From NCBI GenBank assembly GCA_044892525.1, contig CM097886.1, positions 183,136,312 through 183,200,311 of the forward strand: a DNA stretch of 64,000 bases, read 5' to 3'. Shown in pieces: positions 22,101-33,800 of the stretch. The DNA comes from Schmidtea polychroa. Its lineage: Eukaryota. The translations under genes were made by a program, and so were the position numbers. Within the stretch, counting starts at the first letter, position 1, and each line of letters starts with the position of its first letter. Under the pieces are notes generated by a model, which was not told the DNA's origin, made no database searches, and saw only the letters and a program-made list of their open reading frames with translations.

Positions 22101-22510
22101 GTTTACTCTCGTTTATCCTACTGTTTAGATAATTGCTCTCTAAATTCTCAAATTGTTTATTTCCCCAAATTGCCGCGCTCAGGTTTTCTTCATCGCTCGG
22201 GTTCTCCATTGGCTCGGACTTCCCATTAGCTCCGGTTATCCATTAGTCAATTAATTAATAGTTTGTGTTTTTCCATATTTGGCTGTTTTTCGACCTTTCT
22301 AAACATTTTCTAACAATTTATTGCTCACTGTTCTTCATTATTCCCAAATCTACAGCTGTCCCGTTTTTCAGCTTCAATTTCGATAACATTTCACTTTATC
22401 CCACTTCCTCAGATTTGCAAATGTTTTTATTTCGTGTCTGATTGTACTATTTTATAGTTCTGTTTTTGTCATATCTTTCTTTGCCATTAATTCTCCGCTT
22501 GATCACCATT
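19180..22510 (-). mobile_element. Decayed Gypsy LTR retrotransposon (gag/PR/RT/IN remnants), copy A
   Basis: RT fragments SQWALPIVPVRKKDGEIRMCIDYHKLN and YMDDILISSKTFEEHLKDI..VQGFLGLTRYYRKFI; many frameshifts; LTRs not resolved. Confidence 0.85.
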
Positions 22511-22839
22511 CTCTTTCGTTCAATTTTGGTTTTCTTTTTACTCGAAATTATTTAATTTAACGTAATTTAATAATTCACTTTTACAACCTCATCATAAATA
22601 ATATTTGTAAATATTATATTAATAATTAAACATTAGGTAAAATTATAATATAATTATATAATTGAAATTAATAGAAATATTGTAGAATGATGTTTTCTTG
22701 CTTTATATATTGTTGGTGTAAAATAATCCTCTTGTTTTGTACTGGACAAGACCCATGCTCAAAATAATCAACGTTTTACGGATTTCGTAATGTGACAAAT
22801 TTTTTTGGGGTACTCGAACCAAAATATATAGTCAAATTA

Positions 22840-23200
22840 TCAACAGTATCCGGAGGTTATATTTTCTGAGTTTCACACCCAGCTTCTGAATGTTATCTCA
22901 ATTGTGAAGAATGAATTGAAGGAAAAGATATAAATTAAAACATTTGCGGAATTACTTCTTACAAAATATAGCTTTTTAAAAAGTGAATTTTCGGAAATCT
23001 TTATAGCTTTCATGTTGTTTTTACACTTTCTGTTACAGGAGCTTTTCTATACAGAGAGGATATTTAGCAAATTCAACATTATCAAAGATTACAAAAGAAA
23101 TTCTATTGTCCAAACTAGACTACGTGATCTTGCTATCCTAAACATAGAACATGCAGAAGCAGATAAAATGGATCTCAAAGACCTTGGCAGTTGACGTTCC
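22840..23200 (+). mobile_element. hAT C-terminal dimerization-domain fragment (ZMYM1-like), copy A
   Basis: ERIFSKFNIIKDYKRNSIVQTRLRDLAILNIEH. Confidence 0.75.
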
Positions 23201-24123
23201 ACACGGGATGTTTATATTCTCACGATGAAATGTTCTTATGAAATATGTAATTAAGTTCCATTATCGCAGTTGTCGCAGACCGGATGTCTACGTGATGGAT
23301 GAATTGGTAAACCTAATCTCGTAGTACAGAATCGAATACATGTGCTTTTGAATTTTTTCCTTGGGAAAATACGATGGAGCAATGAAATGGTCGTGTATGC
23401 TTCTTGGAATAATAAAATTTACTGATATCGGAAATTGGCTTGGAAAAATCTATCTAGCAAGATGCAAAGAAGTCGAAAATTCAGAATTGGAGTCTAAAAA
23501 GAAAATCCTATTCATTGAACCGATGATATTTAATGTCTAATCGTTGTGAAGGTAGTCATGGAAAAATTCGTTTCCAATTGTTGACGAGTGCATCATCATC
23601 GAGGAGTGGAGATTTGCTCATAGACTAAAGGTAATATTCCGTGTAGTGAGAAGTCGTTGCCTCGGTATCACCATTCATGCGGATCAACTGAGAACTACTG
23701 ACACAAGTGCCATCAATTCTCAATCAACCCCCCGAACGGGTCAAACCACATCTATAAATCATATTAAGTTATAAAAAATTCTCAATGCAAATGTTTAATA
23801 CATTTATATGAAAAATTCAAATAGTTATAAGTTCAATCAAGGTCAATATTCAGCAGTTATCTCGCCCAAGATGGAATCCTACGAAAGTTTCTCTCTCCCA
23901 CAGCACAATAAATTTCTCATTTCAGACTTATTATCACACGTCTCTCCATCATGCCTCTATTTTCTCATCTCCTTCCTTTAGTTGGTCATCTCATTCGATT
24001 TCCATAGATGTCGGATTTATCCCCTCATCTTCACATGTCCATGCGATTTCCCAATGTCCTACCAAAGTTTCTGACATTCAACTATTTTCTTTCTTACTCA
24101 GTCCAATTTCTAGTGGCTGTGAT

Positions 24124-26935
24124 TAGGGAATCCATTTTTTAACAAAAACCGAATTCCGGAATTTTCGGATTTACGTAAGATGAAATTCAGAATTCCGGAA
24201 TTATTCTGGAATTGAAAAATAAAAAGTCAAGAGCAAAAAAAATGTTAACCAGCATAAATTTATTTCAAAGTAAACAAAGAAAATTTTTATTTTTGTATTA
24301 ATATTAATAAAAAAAACATAAACAAAACAAATTCAATATTTAAAAAAATATAATATAAAAATAAAAATTACTATATAAATAAAAATTTATGTTTGCTTTT
24401 TGAAGAAGCTTCTCAGCATACACAAATTGTCCAATGTAGTATCATTAAGTCTTGACCTAATTTTTGTTGAAAATGCTCCAGCGGCGGAAAAGGCTCTCTC
24501 TGCTTCAACACTTGTTGGGGGAATACACAAAAGGTTTTGTAAATTATTTCCAAAAATGGTCCACGAAATACACCTTCGTCCCAAAATTTTAATTCATTTC
24601 GAATAGCAAATTGAATTGATATTTTTTTTTTAAGTTTTTGTAGTCGGCTGTAAAAGTGACTGCTGGATTTTTTGCTGCAACAATTTCTGTAAGGAGGGCT
24701 GCGTTTCACTTTCAAAAGATTCGTTGGGTTCAAATACTAAATCAGAATCAGACTCGGAATCCGTTGAATCAACTTCAGCAGTAATTTCATCATTAAGTCG
24801 CCGGGCCAGTAATAGAATAATTTTATTTATTTCTGTTTTCGAGTGACCGGAAATGCTCTTGTGAATTTTTGTTTTGCCACCATTATGCAAATATTGTAGC
24901 ACATCAGATAAAATAGTTCTTCTCCGATTGAACTGGAGTTCTATCTCTTTTTTCAATTCAAGGGCAAATTCGTCATTCTCACTAAAATTTTGTAACATAA
25001 ACGTAAATGTTGCATCCGCAGAAATTAAATTAGCATCTGCACGGCATAATGCGTCTACGGTTAATTTTACTGGCATCAAATTTTTAGATATTCGTGATAC
25101 CGAATCCCATTCTGATTCATATAAAATTATGTCCGTTTCAATGTCAATTAATGCTTTTTTAATGAACTTTTCAAAATATTAAAACGCTCTAACATAGACA
25201 ACATGCTATTGCATCTAGTTTTCGAATCTAACACAAGCTGTAATTCTTTTTTATGATCTTGCTTCACGTATTTTTGAAGCACTTCTTTTTTCAAAGAAGA
25301 ACGACGAAAGGTTTTAACAATTTTCCGAACTTTTGTGATTAATGCTCGTAGTTGAAAGTTTTCAGTTGTTTCCATAACATCAGTTTCAATTCCCATATCT
25401 ACCCGCATTCCATTGTCATCATCCTCATCATCAGTAAGATTTTCTTCATCTACCTCAAAGTTCCGTTCATTTTCATTATTGTCCTGCTCTACTTCGTTTT
25501 CTGTTGCATTATCTACTAAATCCAACGTTTGCTTTTTATAGAGTACATTACCAATTGCAATTTGAATTGCATGAGCAAAACATAAAATTTGTTCGCAGGA
25601 TAACAATCTACTAACTTTTTGCATCATGGAGGCACTATCTCTAACAATGCACAAAATATCATTTCCAATATTTAATTGGCATGATTCAAGCTTTTTTTCC
25701 AGCAATTTTATACAATCTTTAGACGCAAATCGGCCATTTTTACGAGCCAATCCCAAATTCCAGACCCGATCTCCTGATCCATGCACGTTAATATTTCGAG
25801 AAGAAGTCCATTCGTCAAGTGTCAGATTGAAACGTACGTTTCTGTTTTTTTCAGAAATAATTCCCGAAATTATCGACTGCCGAATTTTTTTGCTGTAATC
25901 CATCACGACTTTTTGTATACTGGTAGGTGATTTCGGAATATCACAAAATCCCCGCGTTCATAAACATTTTCTTAAATCGTCTGAACTACAAAATATGCGA
26001 AACGGTAATCCGTCTGAAGCTACCATTCGAGATATTACTGCGGCAAAACTTTCGTCTACTTTTGAAATATAAAAATCTTTAATCGTTTTGATTTTTGTAG
26101 CTAAATCGCCGGTATTCGCACCAGCAGCATCCGTATCATCAATTTTTCGTTTATTTAAAATCTTGTTATGTTTAGTCCGCAAATGGGTGCGTATGGGTGT
26201 TGTACACCCACCCAATATCTTTAAAGCCTTCCTACATTGTGTACATTTCGCCACTTGAGTTTTTGTCCCTCGTAAAAAATGAGTCCACACCAAATTTGAA
26301 GTACTCTCTTTGGAGACATCTATAAAAATTTTGTCTTGCTTATCCGCATTCCTTGGGATTAAACATATGTACACAAGAAATATATGAAATTTTGAAACTA
26401 ATAAAACCTACCTATATCAAATGCTACCGTGAAGAATTGAACTTGAATGGTTAATTAAATATTTATATTATTAAAATAAAATGAAATGATTTGCTGATTA
26501 GTAAATTTAATATTAAATATTAGACAAGAGGACGTTATTAAAATGATAATGATTTACTGTTTATTTATACTAAATTTACTATTACACTTAAATATAACAT
26601 ATAACACAACACAACAAAGGAAAAAACATTTCTATTATGATATAATTTCACAAAAAATTTAAATGTCAAAACGAATAACATTATTTTTATTTCTCATGGC
26701 AAACTGTTTGTATTTTTTTTTAAAAATAAATCGTTACAATACAAGGTAATAATATAGTTTTTTTGTATAATTTTTTGTCAGTCGCTGGAATTCCGTGTAA
26801 TTTGTTAAAAACAAAAAAATATTTAAATGCGAATAATCGGGAATTCGATTTATTTCAATTCCGGAATTTCGAATATAAAAAACAAGGCGGAATTTCGGAA
26901 TTCCGAAATTTCGAAATCCGGATTTCGATTCCCTA
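24124..26935 (-). mobile_element. Ac/ZBED-like hAT transposon, 2812 bp, frameshifted transposase (copy A)
   Basis: TIR tagggaatc (24124) / gattcccta (26927-26935); subterminal GGAATTCC-type repeats at both ends; BED finger VWTHF..AKCTQCRK..TTPIRTHLRTKH; catalytic TLDEWTS; dimerization LLCIPPTSVEAERAFSAAG; degenerate flanks gctgtgat / ctggtgac. Confidence 0.92.
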
Positions 26936-27082
26936 CTGGTGACGCTTTCTCTACTCAGTCTTTATTCCCATTAGGTTGACTTTTCAAACCTCTCGTGACT
27001 GGCGACGCTTTCCCTACTCAGCCTTACTTATTCTTATTTGACTTTTCAAACCTCTCGATACTGGCGGCGCTTTCCTTACTCA
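26936..27082. repeat. ~62-63 bp degenerate tandem repeat, ~2.4 units (copy A)
   Basis: ctggYgRcgctttcYYtactca unit starts at 26936, 26999 and 27061. Confidence 0.75.
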
Positions 27083-28512
27083 TTGTTATTTAATTTAAGC
27101 TGATTTTTCTAGTTTCTATTACTATCCTCTTTTTGTGTGTTTTCTATCGTTACTGGTTCAAGTCCTAGGTTCACTATACTATTGTCTTTACTCCTTACGT
27201 TGTGTCCTTTTATAAACGTTTACTTCCCCTACTGTAGGTCCCAACATGCCTCTTTTTGTTACTCTTCCGTGTTTTCCCCACTCTTCTAACTCGGATGCGA
27301 AACACTCGCACTGGTCGGTCTCCGATCGTGTGGTGGATCAGTCACACACAGAAACGTTCCAGTAGATGCGATGGGCTCTGTTCCATATCTTTCGTCAGGA
27401 CAGTTGGTATTTCCCTGTGCCTTATCCACACTACGCTGAGTGAAGCTCATGGGTCGTGGATTTGTCAAACAAGAAAACCAGAAATAAAGAAAAGGAATGG
27501 AACAATTAATCCTATATCCCTACATATCTCTACATTTATTATATATCATTTTGATTTGGGTGTATACACCGATGTAAGCAATTATTTATGTATTATTAGT
27601 CTTATTCTTGGCACTCTGTTCTTCCAATACCATCTCTTTTCAATGTTGTCTTGGTTCTTCCTACCATACGGATCTTTTATAACATAGGTTATCACTATCC
27701 GCCTGAAACCTTTCTCATACCTCATTTTGTTGCATAATATTGCTAATCATATAACAGTCCTGAATTACCGTGCTAATAATTCGTTGTTTTCTCATTTACG
27801 CAACAGGAAAAACACAGATACATGTGTTCCATTAATCGTTCTATCTCCATCTGGATATATTTTTAAATTCCACTTGTAACCATTTTTCTATGAATATAAT
27901 GCTAGATTAGTTATAGCTATTTATGTACTGTTTTCAGCTCGTTGCATTTTCCTTTTTACATCCGGTATTCTCCGTTAAGTTCTCTAGATGTATTCCTTTA
28001 TCCAGTACTATTCATAAAAATGAGCAAGTACTAGCCTTTCCACAATGTTACCCATCCTGGATTCGCATTCGCAGCGGTTAGCCTTTAAGAGACGATTCGA
28101 TTATCTCTAGGTTAAGTCTTGATTAAGATTCTCTTTATTTGATATTTGGTGCCTTATTATTTATTGTGTTTTGTTATATTTTTATTTGAATGCCTTTTTA
28201 ATAGACTTTTGCTGTTCCGACTTTCCAATTTATCATCATGCATTTTGACATCCTTGGGTACTCCACCCTTGGATTGGTGTGTGTACAGAATACAAAATAT
28301 TAGTACTATTAATTGGCTAGATACTCATGATAATTAATCGTGATTATTACTCGAGGTAATTTGATCTTTCATGTAGCCTCTAATCCACACATTCATATAA
28401 TCACCCATCCCTCTTTTAGAGTACGTTCCAAAAGAATTCCGTTCTATGAGAACTATCACTGGATCCATTCATCTATTCACGATTCTGGTAATATTCAAAA
28501 ATTAACATTTGA

Positions 28513-28686
28513 NNNNNNNNNNNNNNNNNNNNNNNNNNNNNNNNNNNNNNNNNNNNNNNNNNNNNNNNNNNNNNNNNNNNNNNNNNNNNNNNNNNNNNNN
28601 NNNNNNNNNNNNNNNNNNNNNNNNNNNNNNNNNNNNNNNNNNNNNNNNNNNNNNNNNNNNNNNNNNNNNNNNNNNNNNNNNNNNNN
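28513..28686. other. N-run (174 N)
   Basis: Flanks aacatttga / cctaaacaaactg are the same as for the 214-N run at 63104-63317. Confidence 0.9.
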
Positions 28687-30025
28687 CCTAAACAAACTGT
28701 TAACTCATTACTCAATCATTCAAAAAAAATTACCAAGAAAAAGAATTTTTATTTACTTTCATAAAAAATTAACCTAGCTTACTTACAAAATTCCGATTTT
28801 TGAATTGGTTCTATTAATCAAATCTTCATTAGCGAGGAAAATATTCGAGATTCAGTTTGATAATCTATATTCCAAATAAATTTAATCCGAAATTGAGTAA
28901 GATAATTCATTCCATTCCAGAAACATTTTTCATTAGCAAGCCCGTTCACTCGATCAACAAACGCGAACTGAAATAAATCGTGCTTTCAAGTGAGACCAAC
29001 CATAATTTCCACGAATCGATTATCGTATCCAACAGAAACGACATTTATTTTACTACATTCCATTCGATTTGACCAGAGACAGTGAATATTTAACTTATCC
29101 TTCAAAAAATATTTGAGTAGGGTTCAGCCCTTATTTCCAAGTTAATAAAGGTTGTTCCACGCTTCCCATAATATTTAAATTATTCTTCAAAAATTTTGAG
29201 CAGGATCCCTAAGTGTGACCAAAATTACTTCCAGCGACGGACCCGTGGGAGGTAGGGTATGATGGTCATATCCTCGGTCTAAGGTGGTCCTCAACCTTCT
29301 AAGGATCAAAAACCGTCGAATTATATATCATTCAAAAGACTTTTGATGGCAAGTTCAAAGGTCATACCTTCGAAGGGTCCAAGGTGCAAAAATTTAAAAT
29401 TTTATAATATACATATCAAACAAAAGATATTTGTGATGTAAGTATCAAGAGCATATTTTCAAAGGTTGATGAAGGGTCCTGAACCTTCAAAGCTATAAAA
29501 ACCTTGAAGGGGTCAAAAACATTTAAACTCTTATATATTTCTAGAAGACCTTAACAAGGCATTCTTGCTCCTTGTGCGGTTCATATATCTAGCGCTCCTA
29601 AAACCCGAATTCAAAACAGCCTACCATAATAACTATAATATTCATGTTGAAAATGTTAACTATGTAATCATCTCCAGCTGCTATAATAGGTGGTAATGCT
29701 CTGAAAATTCTGATGCTTATTAGAAAAAATGAATAATAGAAGCTTTAAAAATTAAAAAATTTTAGTGTTTAGTTTTGAATTATAGAGAATATTTAATAAT
29801 AAAAAATTTTTTTTAATTTTTAAAAATTTTCAAAAAAAAGTTGATTAATTTTAACCAATGAATTAACCAATGCAATGAAATAAAAGAGAAAATCAAAAAT
29901 CTTTTTAAAAATAGAAGAAACGAAATTCCTGGAAGGGCTATCTTAAAGTGGAAAATCTTTAATTTGTATTAAATATATTATTTGTAGCAAAAAGCTTAAA
30001 ATATCATTTAATTGTTTAATATTAG

Positions 30026-30059
30026 TATTATTTTTATTATTATTCTGATTATTATTATG

Positions 30060-30127
<68 letters not shown>
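30026..30127. repeat. (ATT)n microsatellite
   Basis: Pure ATT run from ~30060 to 30127 with a degenerate 5' part. Confidence 0.95.
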
Positions 30128-30128
<1 letters not shown>

Positions 30129-30826
30129 GAGGAAACCAAATTTATCCTAAAGGTTTTCAATGGGCATTCATTTATTCAATTTGGTTATGCAACATCAGTT
30201 CTTGAAATTTGAATGATTTGTTGTTTAAATGATATTATAATTTTATGATCATTTTATCATTTTATCGTATTATGCTCATAATATTAATTATCACAAGAGG
30301 TCAAAGGACACCTCGAGATTACCTTTGGCAGTTCATTCAAACAAATTGTAAGATGATGACATCATTGAATTATTTATATAAATAATTGACATATAAATTG
30401 TCCATTGTTAATAAGATATTACCAATTATGAAGGGCACCCCTGAAACTGGCAATAATCAATAATTAGCTAGAAATTGTACTGAAACAATCAATCGGTTCC
30501 TTAAATAAATATTTACAATTCTTATTGAATAAACAAAATTATTAAATTCATAATTTTATAATATTCAATATTAAATATATAATAAAAATAATTATTTTTA
30601 GCTTTGTTTATTAAAACAAAATAATGAAAGAATTTGTGCAATAATAAATTGGTAACATGGCAACACAATCCATGCAATAAAACAAATTATTTATTATGCA
30701 ATAACTTAATCAAAAATATATAATAGCGATTCCAAACATTTTTTGTCTTCGGTACCCTTTGATTAGGCCTTCATTCTTTTTAACAAAATATAATCAATTG
30801 TGAAAGCCAGTGAAAAATTCAAAAAA

Positions 30827-33800
30827 TTAATTGAAAAACATTTTAGTCCTAGTGACGATGCCAGCCTTACAGAAGGGGCATTCAAATAACTCCATGGAGC
30901 AAACATTACATGTCAAATGGCCGCATTGGAATCCAATTTCCACATTATTATCTGAGCAAATTTGGCACATCTAAATTGCAATAAATCAATACAAATTCAT
31001 CATATAATCTTACTGGTATTTCCTTATCATGTTCATTTCCTTCATTATCAGGTCTGGCAGTGTTTCTGTGACATTTCTCGATCTCCTCCTTAGCAACAAT
31101 GTCTGTGCACGCATCAATTATCCGCTGGCCACGTGACGTCCTCTTATAAATGTCACCGCCCAATGAAATTATCATTTTAATAGCTGAGATTAATTTCCTT
31201 TTTGAATTTGCCTAGAAATCGATCAATGCGATAAATCAATAATCAATCAATACATTATTGGCAATCGATATTTTCTCCAATAATTGTGTCAGCGCACATT
31301 TGCCGCTTTCATCCTCACCATCGAATTCCTTTGATTCAGTGATCAATGCGTTCACCAGTTCCATTTCTCCCATTTCAATTGCAATTTGGAGAGGAATTTG
31401 ATTCCTTATGTTTCGCAACATGACAAATTTCCCTTGATTTACCGAATCCAATAATTTCCATGCAAATTCCATCTTCCTTTCTTGCAATATAAATGTGAAT
31501 AAATTTTCACCGTTTCCAAATGTTCTCGGTGCCGATATTTCCGTTTGTATCAAATGGTCAAATAGCTCGATATCATCACTATATACAGCTTTGTAAAGGA
31601 GATTCTCTATAACCGACTGCTGCAATATGGAACTAGATTTATTGAATAGTAATCTTATTAGGTTAGCTCCACAAATCTCGCATGATTGGAAGGTATCCTT
31701 TGATATAGCTGACCGCAAAAAATTGTCAGGCAAAAGCTCAATCAATGCTTTTGCATATGAGAACCACTGATTTAGGAAAGCCGTTTGAAAATCATTTGAA
31801 GTGAAATTTGTCAATCTCGGCTGATTGGACACGAGTGCAAGCATTAATCTGATAAATTGATTTATTATCAATGATTTATTAATATATTTCAATAAATTCT
31901 ACTTTTCACTTCCAATATTCGATGCCAATTGGAATACAGTGATCCCATTGGTTGATTTGACATTGGCATCTGCTCCGTGTGCAATCAATATATTTGTGAT
32001 ATCGATTAATTTATTCAAGTTCTAAAATTGATATTTACAAGCCAATCAAAATATATCATTACATCATCATTGATATCAATTGGTGGCTCGACAAGCATCT
32101 CAAACAATGGAGTGCTTCTCAAATTGTTAACACTGTCAACCTGTGCTCCAGCATTGAGTAGTGAACTGCACATTTTTGGTTTCAGGCATTTCACCGCGAG
32201 ATGCAGCAGTGAATTGTTGTCACCATCATGAGCATTCGAACTACTTAAATCGAGTCGTTCGAGAAAACACGGAAAAAGAATTCCATGAAATTTCATTGAC
32301 AATGTTAACGCGTTTTCATAGCAAGTCAAAGAAATTATTGATTGTGCAAATGGAATAACTGAAAATAATGAAATTCATTAATATTAATTGAATCATGTGT
32401 CTTTTATGGCTCATTACACATCCCATTCATTTACTGCTTTAAAAAAATTGTTAAATTTAAGTTATGCAAAGTGATTTGATCAGTTATTATTAATTTATAA
32501 TAATAATTAAATAAAAAAATAATGGGAAAATATTTTTAATTCCAGAATTTAAATTTAAACAAAATAAGTAAGAAATGAAAATATTATTTACATTATAAAA
32601 AATCCAATAAATACACGAAAGTAAAAATCTTAAACATTGTGAAACATTGCAAATTCATTCAATTTTTTAAATAGGTCAACTTAAAAATTTATAGATTTTT
32701 CGATTTTCAAGGTTTTAACGAAAGTTCAATATTAATATTGATTACTTTGATTCTCCCGGTAATTTTATGGAATCGACACCAGCGTAATCTGAAACACAGC
32801 TTATGACATTTTATATTTTTGAATGGCAACTAGTGTTTCCAAATTACCCAAATTACAATTCTATATTAAATGCGTTTATTCATTGCAACGCAAAAAATCA
32901 ACACACAGGTAAGTTTTTATGTTTATATAATATACACGTATTTTTTTTATTTTTACATTATGGATGAGTTTATTCAATGCATCGGGTTTTGTGACAATTT
33001 TCTGTGATTTTCTGTGTATAAAGTTTGTGATTGAATTGAATATTTATGCGCGTTCATTTGATTAATTTATTGTGGGTAATGATTCCAATGGCTGTCTGTC
33101 CACAATTATATTTATTAAACCCGATATTATTCTAGCTTTTGTTTTACTATATTGAAATTTAGAATTAAACTTTTTGTAACAATTAATTTATCAAAAATTA
33201 AAATTTTATTTTTCAGTTTTTGTTATATTTTTACATTTTTATTGGTTAATAAGAATTTGCAATTTTAATTTCAAGCTTTTACAGCAATTCCTGATAAATC
33301 TCTTTTTAATACTTTTTCAAAATTTAAACTTCTTTGAATAAGCTAAATTATATTTAATTGTTTTATTAAACAATCATGAGTTATTTTCTGGTTTCCTTAT
33401 AATGATTTGCGGCTTCCTGGAAATGGTCTCATAGAAATCTGGATTCAACCAGATAAAGATTTTTTCAAACTGCCATCATAATTATTGTAAGCTTTTTCAA
33501 TTTGTTTTTCATTTGTTATTATTGTTATAAATTATTGAATATATGTTTAGGAATTGTGATGTAAGCCTTTATGATACGCTCGTCTATGTGTACTAGTGTT
33601 ATTGCATGTATACATATATTTGACCTACTTTTTTAATAACTTTAAATATACATTTCAGCAGAAGACACAAGCCGTTATGATGATGCGAGTCTGACCTAAA
33701 TAATATTTGAGTTGACCTACATAATATATAAGGCCAAAACAGCCTCAGCAGGTCGATCAGTGGTGCTGTCATGATGGAAGCATATCTACTACTTATAGCA

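Larger units (their letters stand above)
1..29254. repeat. Tandem segmental repeat unit, copy A (boundary set arbitrarily at the window start)
   Basis: Position-1 sequence gggtatgatggtcatatcctcggtctaagg recurs at 29255 and 63886; the whole ORF track repeats in the same order and orientation. Confidence 0.95.

Noticed and set aside
22500-22640. LTR and primer-binding site for the minus-strand Gypsy
   Set aside because: TGGTGATC is PBS-like, but no paired LTR or TG..CA ends could be found.
28687-28700. Telomeric repeat under the N-run (cctaaac flank)
   Set aside because: A single partial motif; the masked sequence is unseen.
29232-29700. MITE beginning cagcgacggaccc with aaccttc/ggtcaaaaacc sub-repeats
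   Set aside because: Degenerate internal repeats are present, but no convincing matching TIR or TSD.
30012-30212. Poly-Ile ORF (and poly-Leu ORF 46270-46464)
   Set aside because: Translations of ATT/AAT microsatellites.
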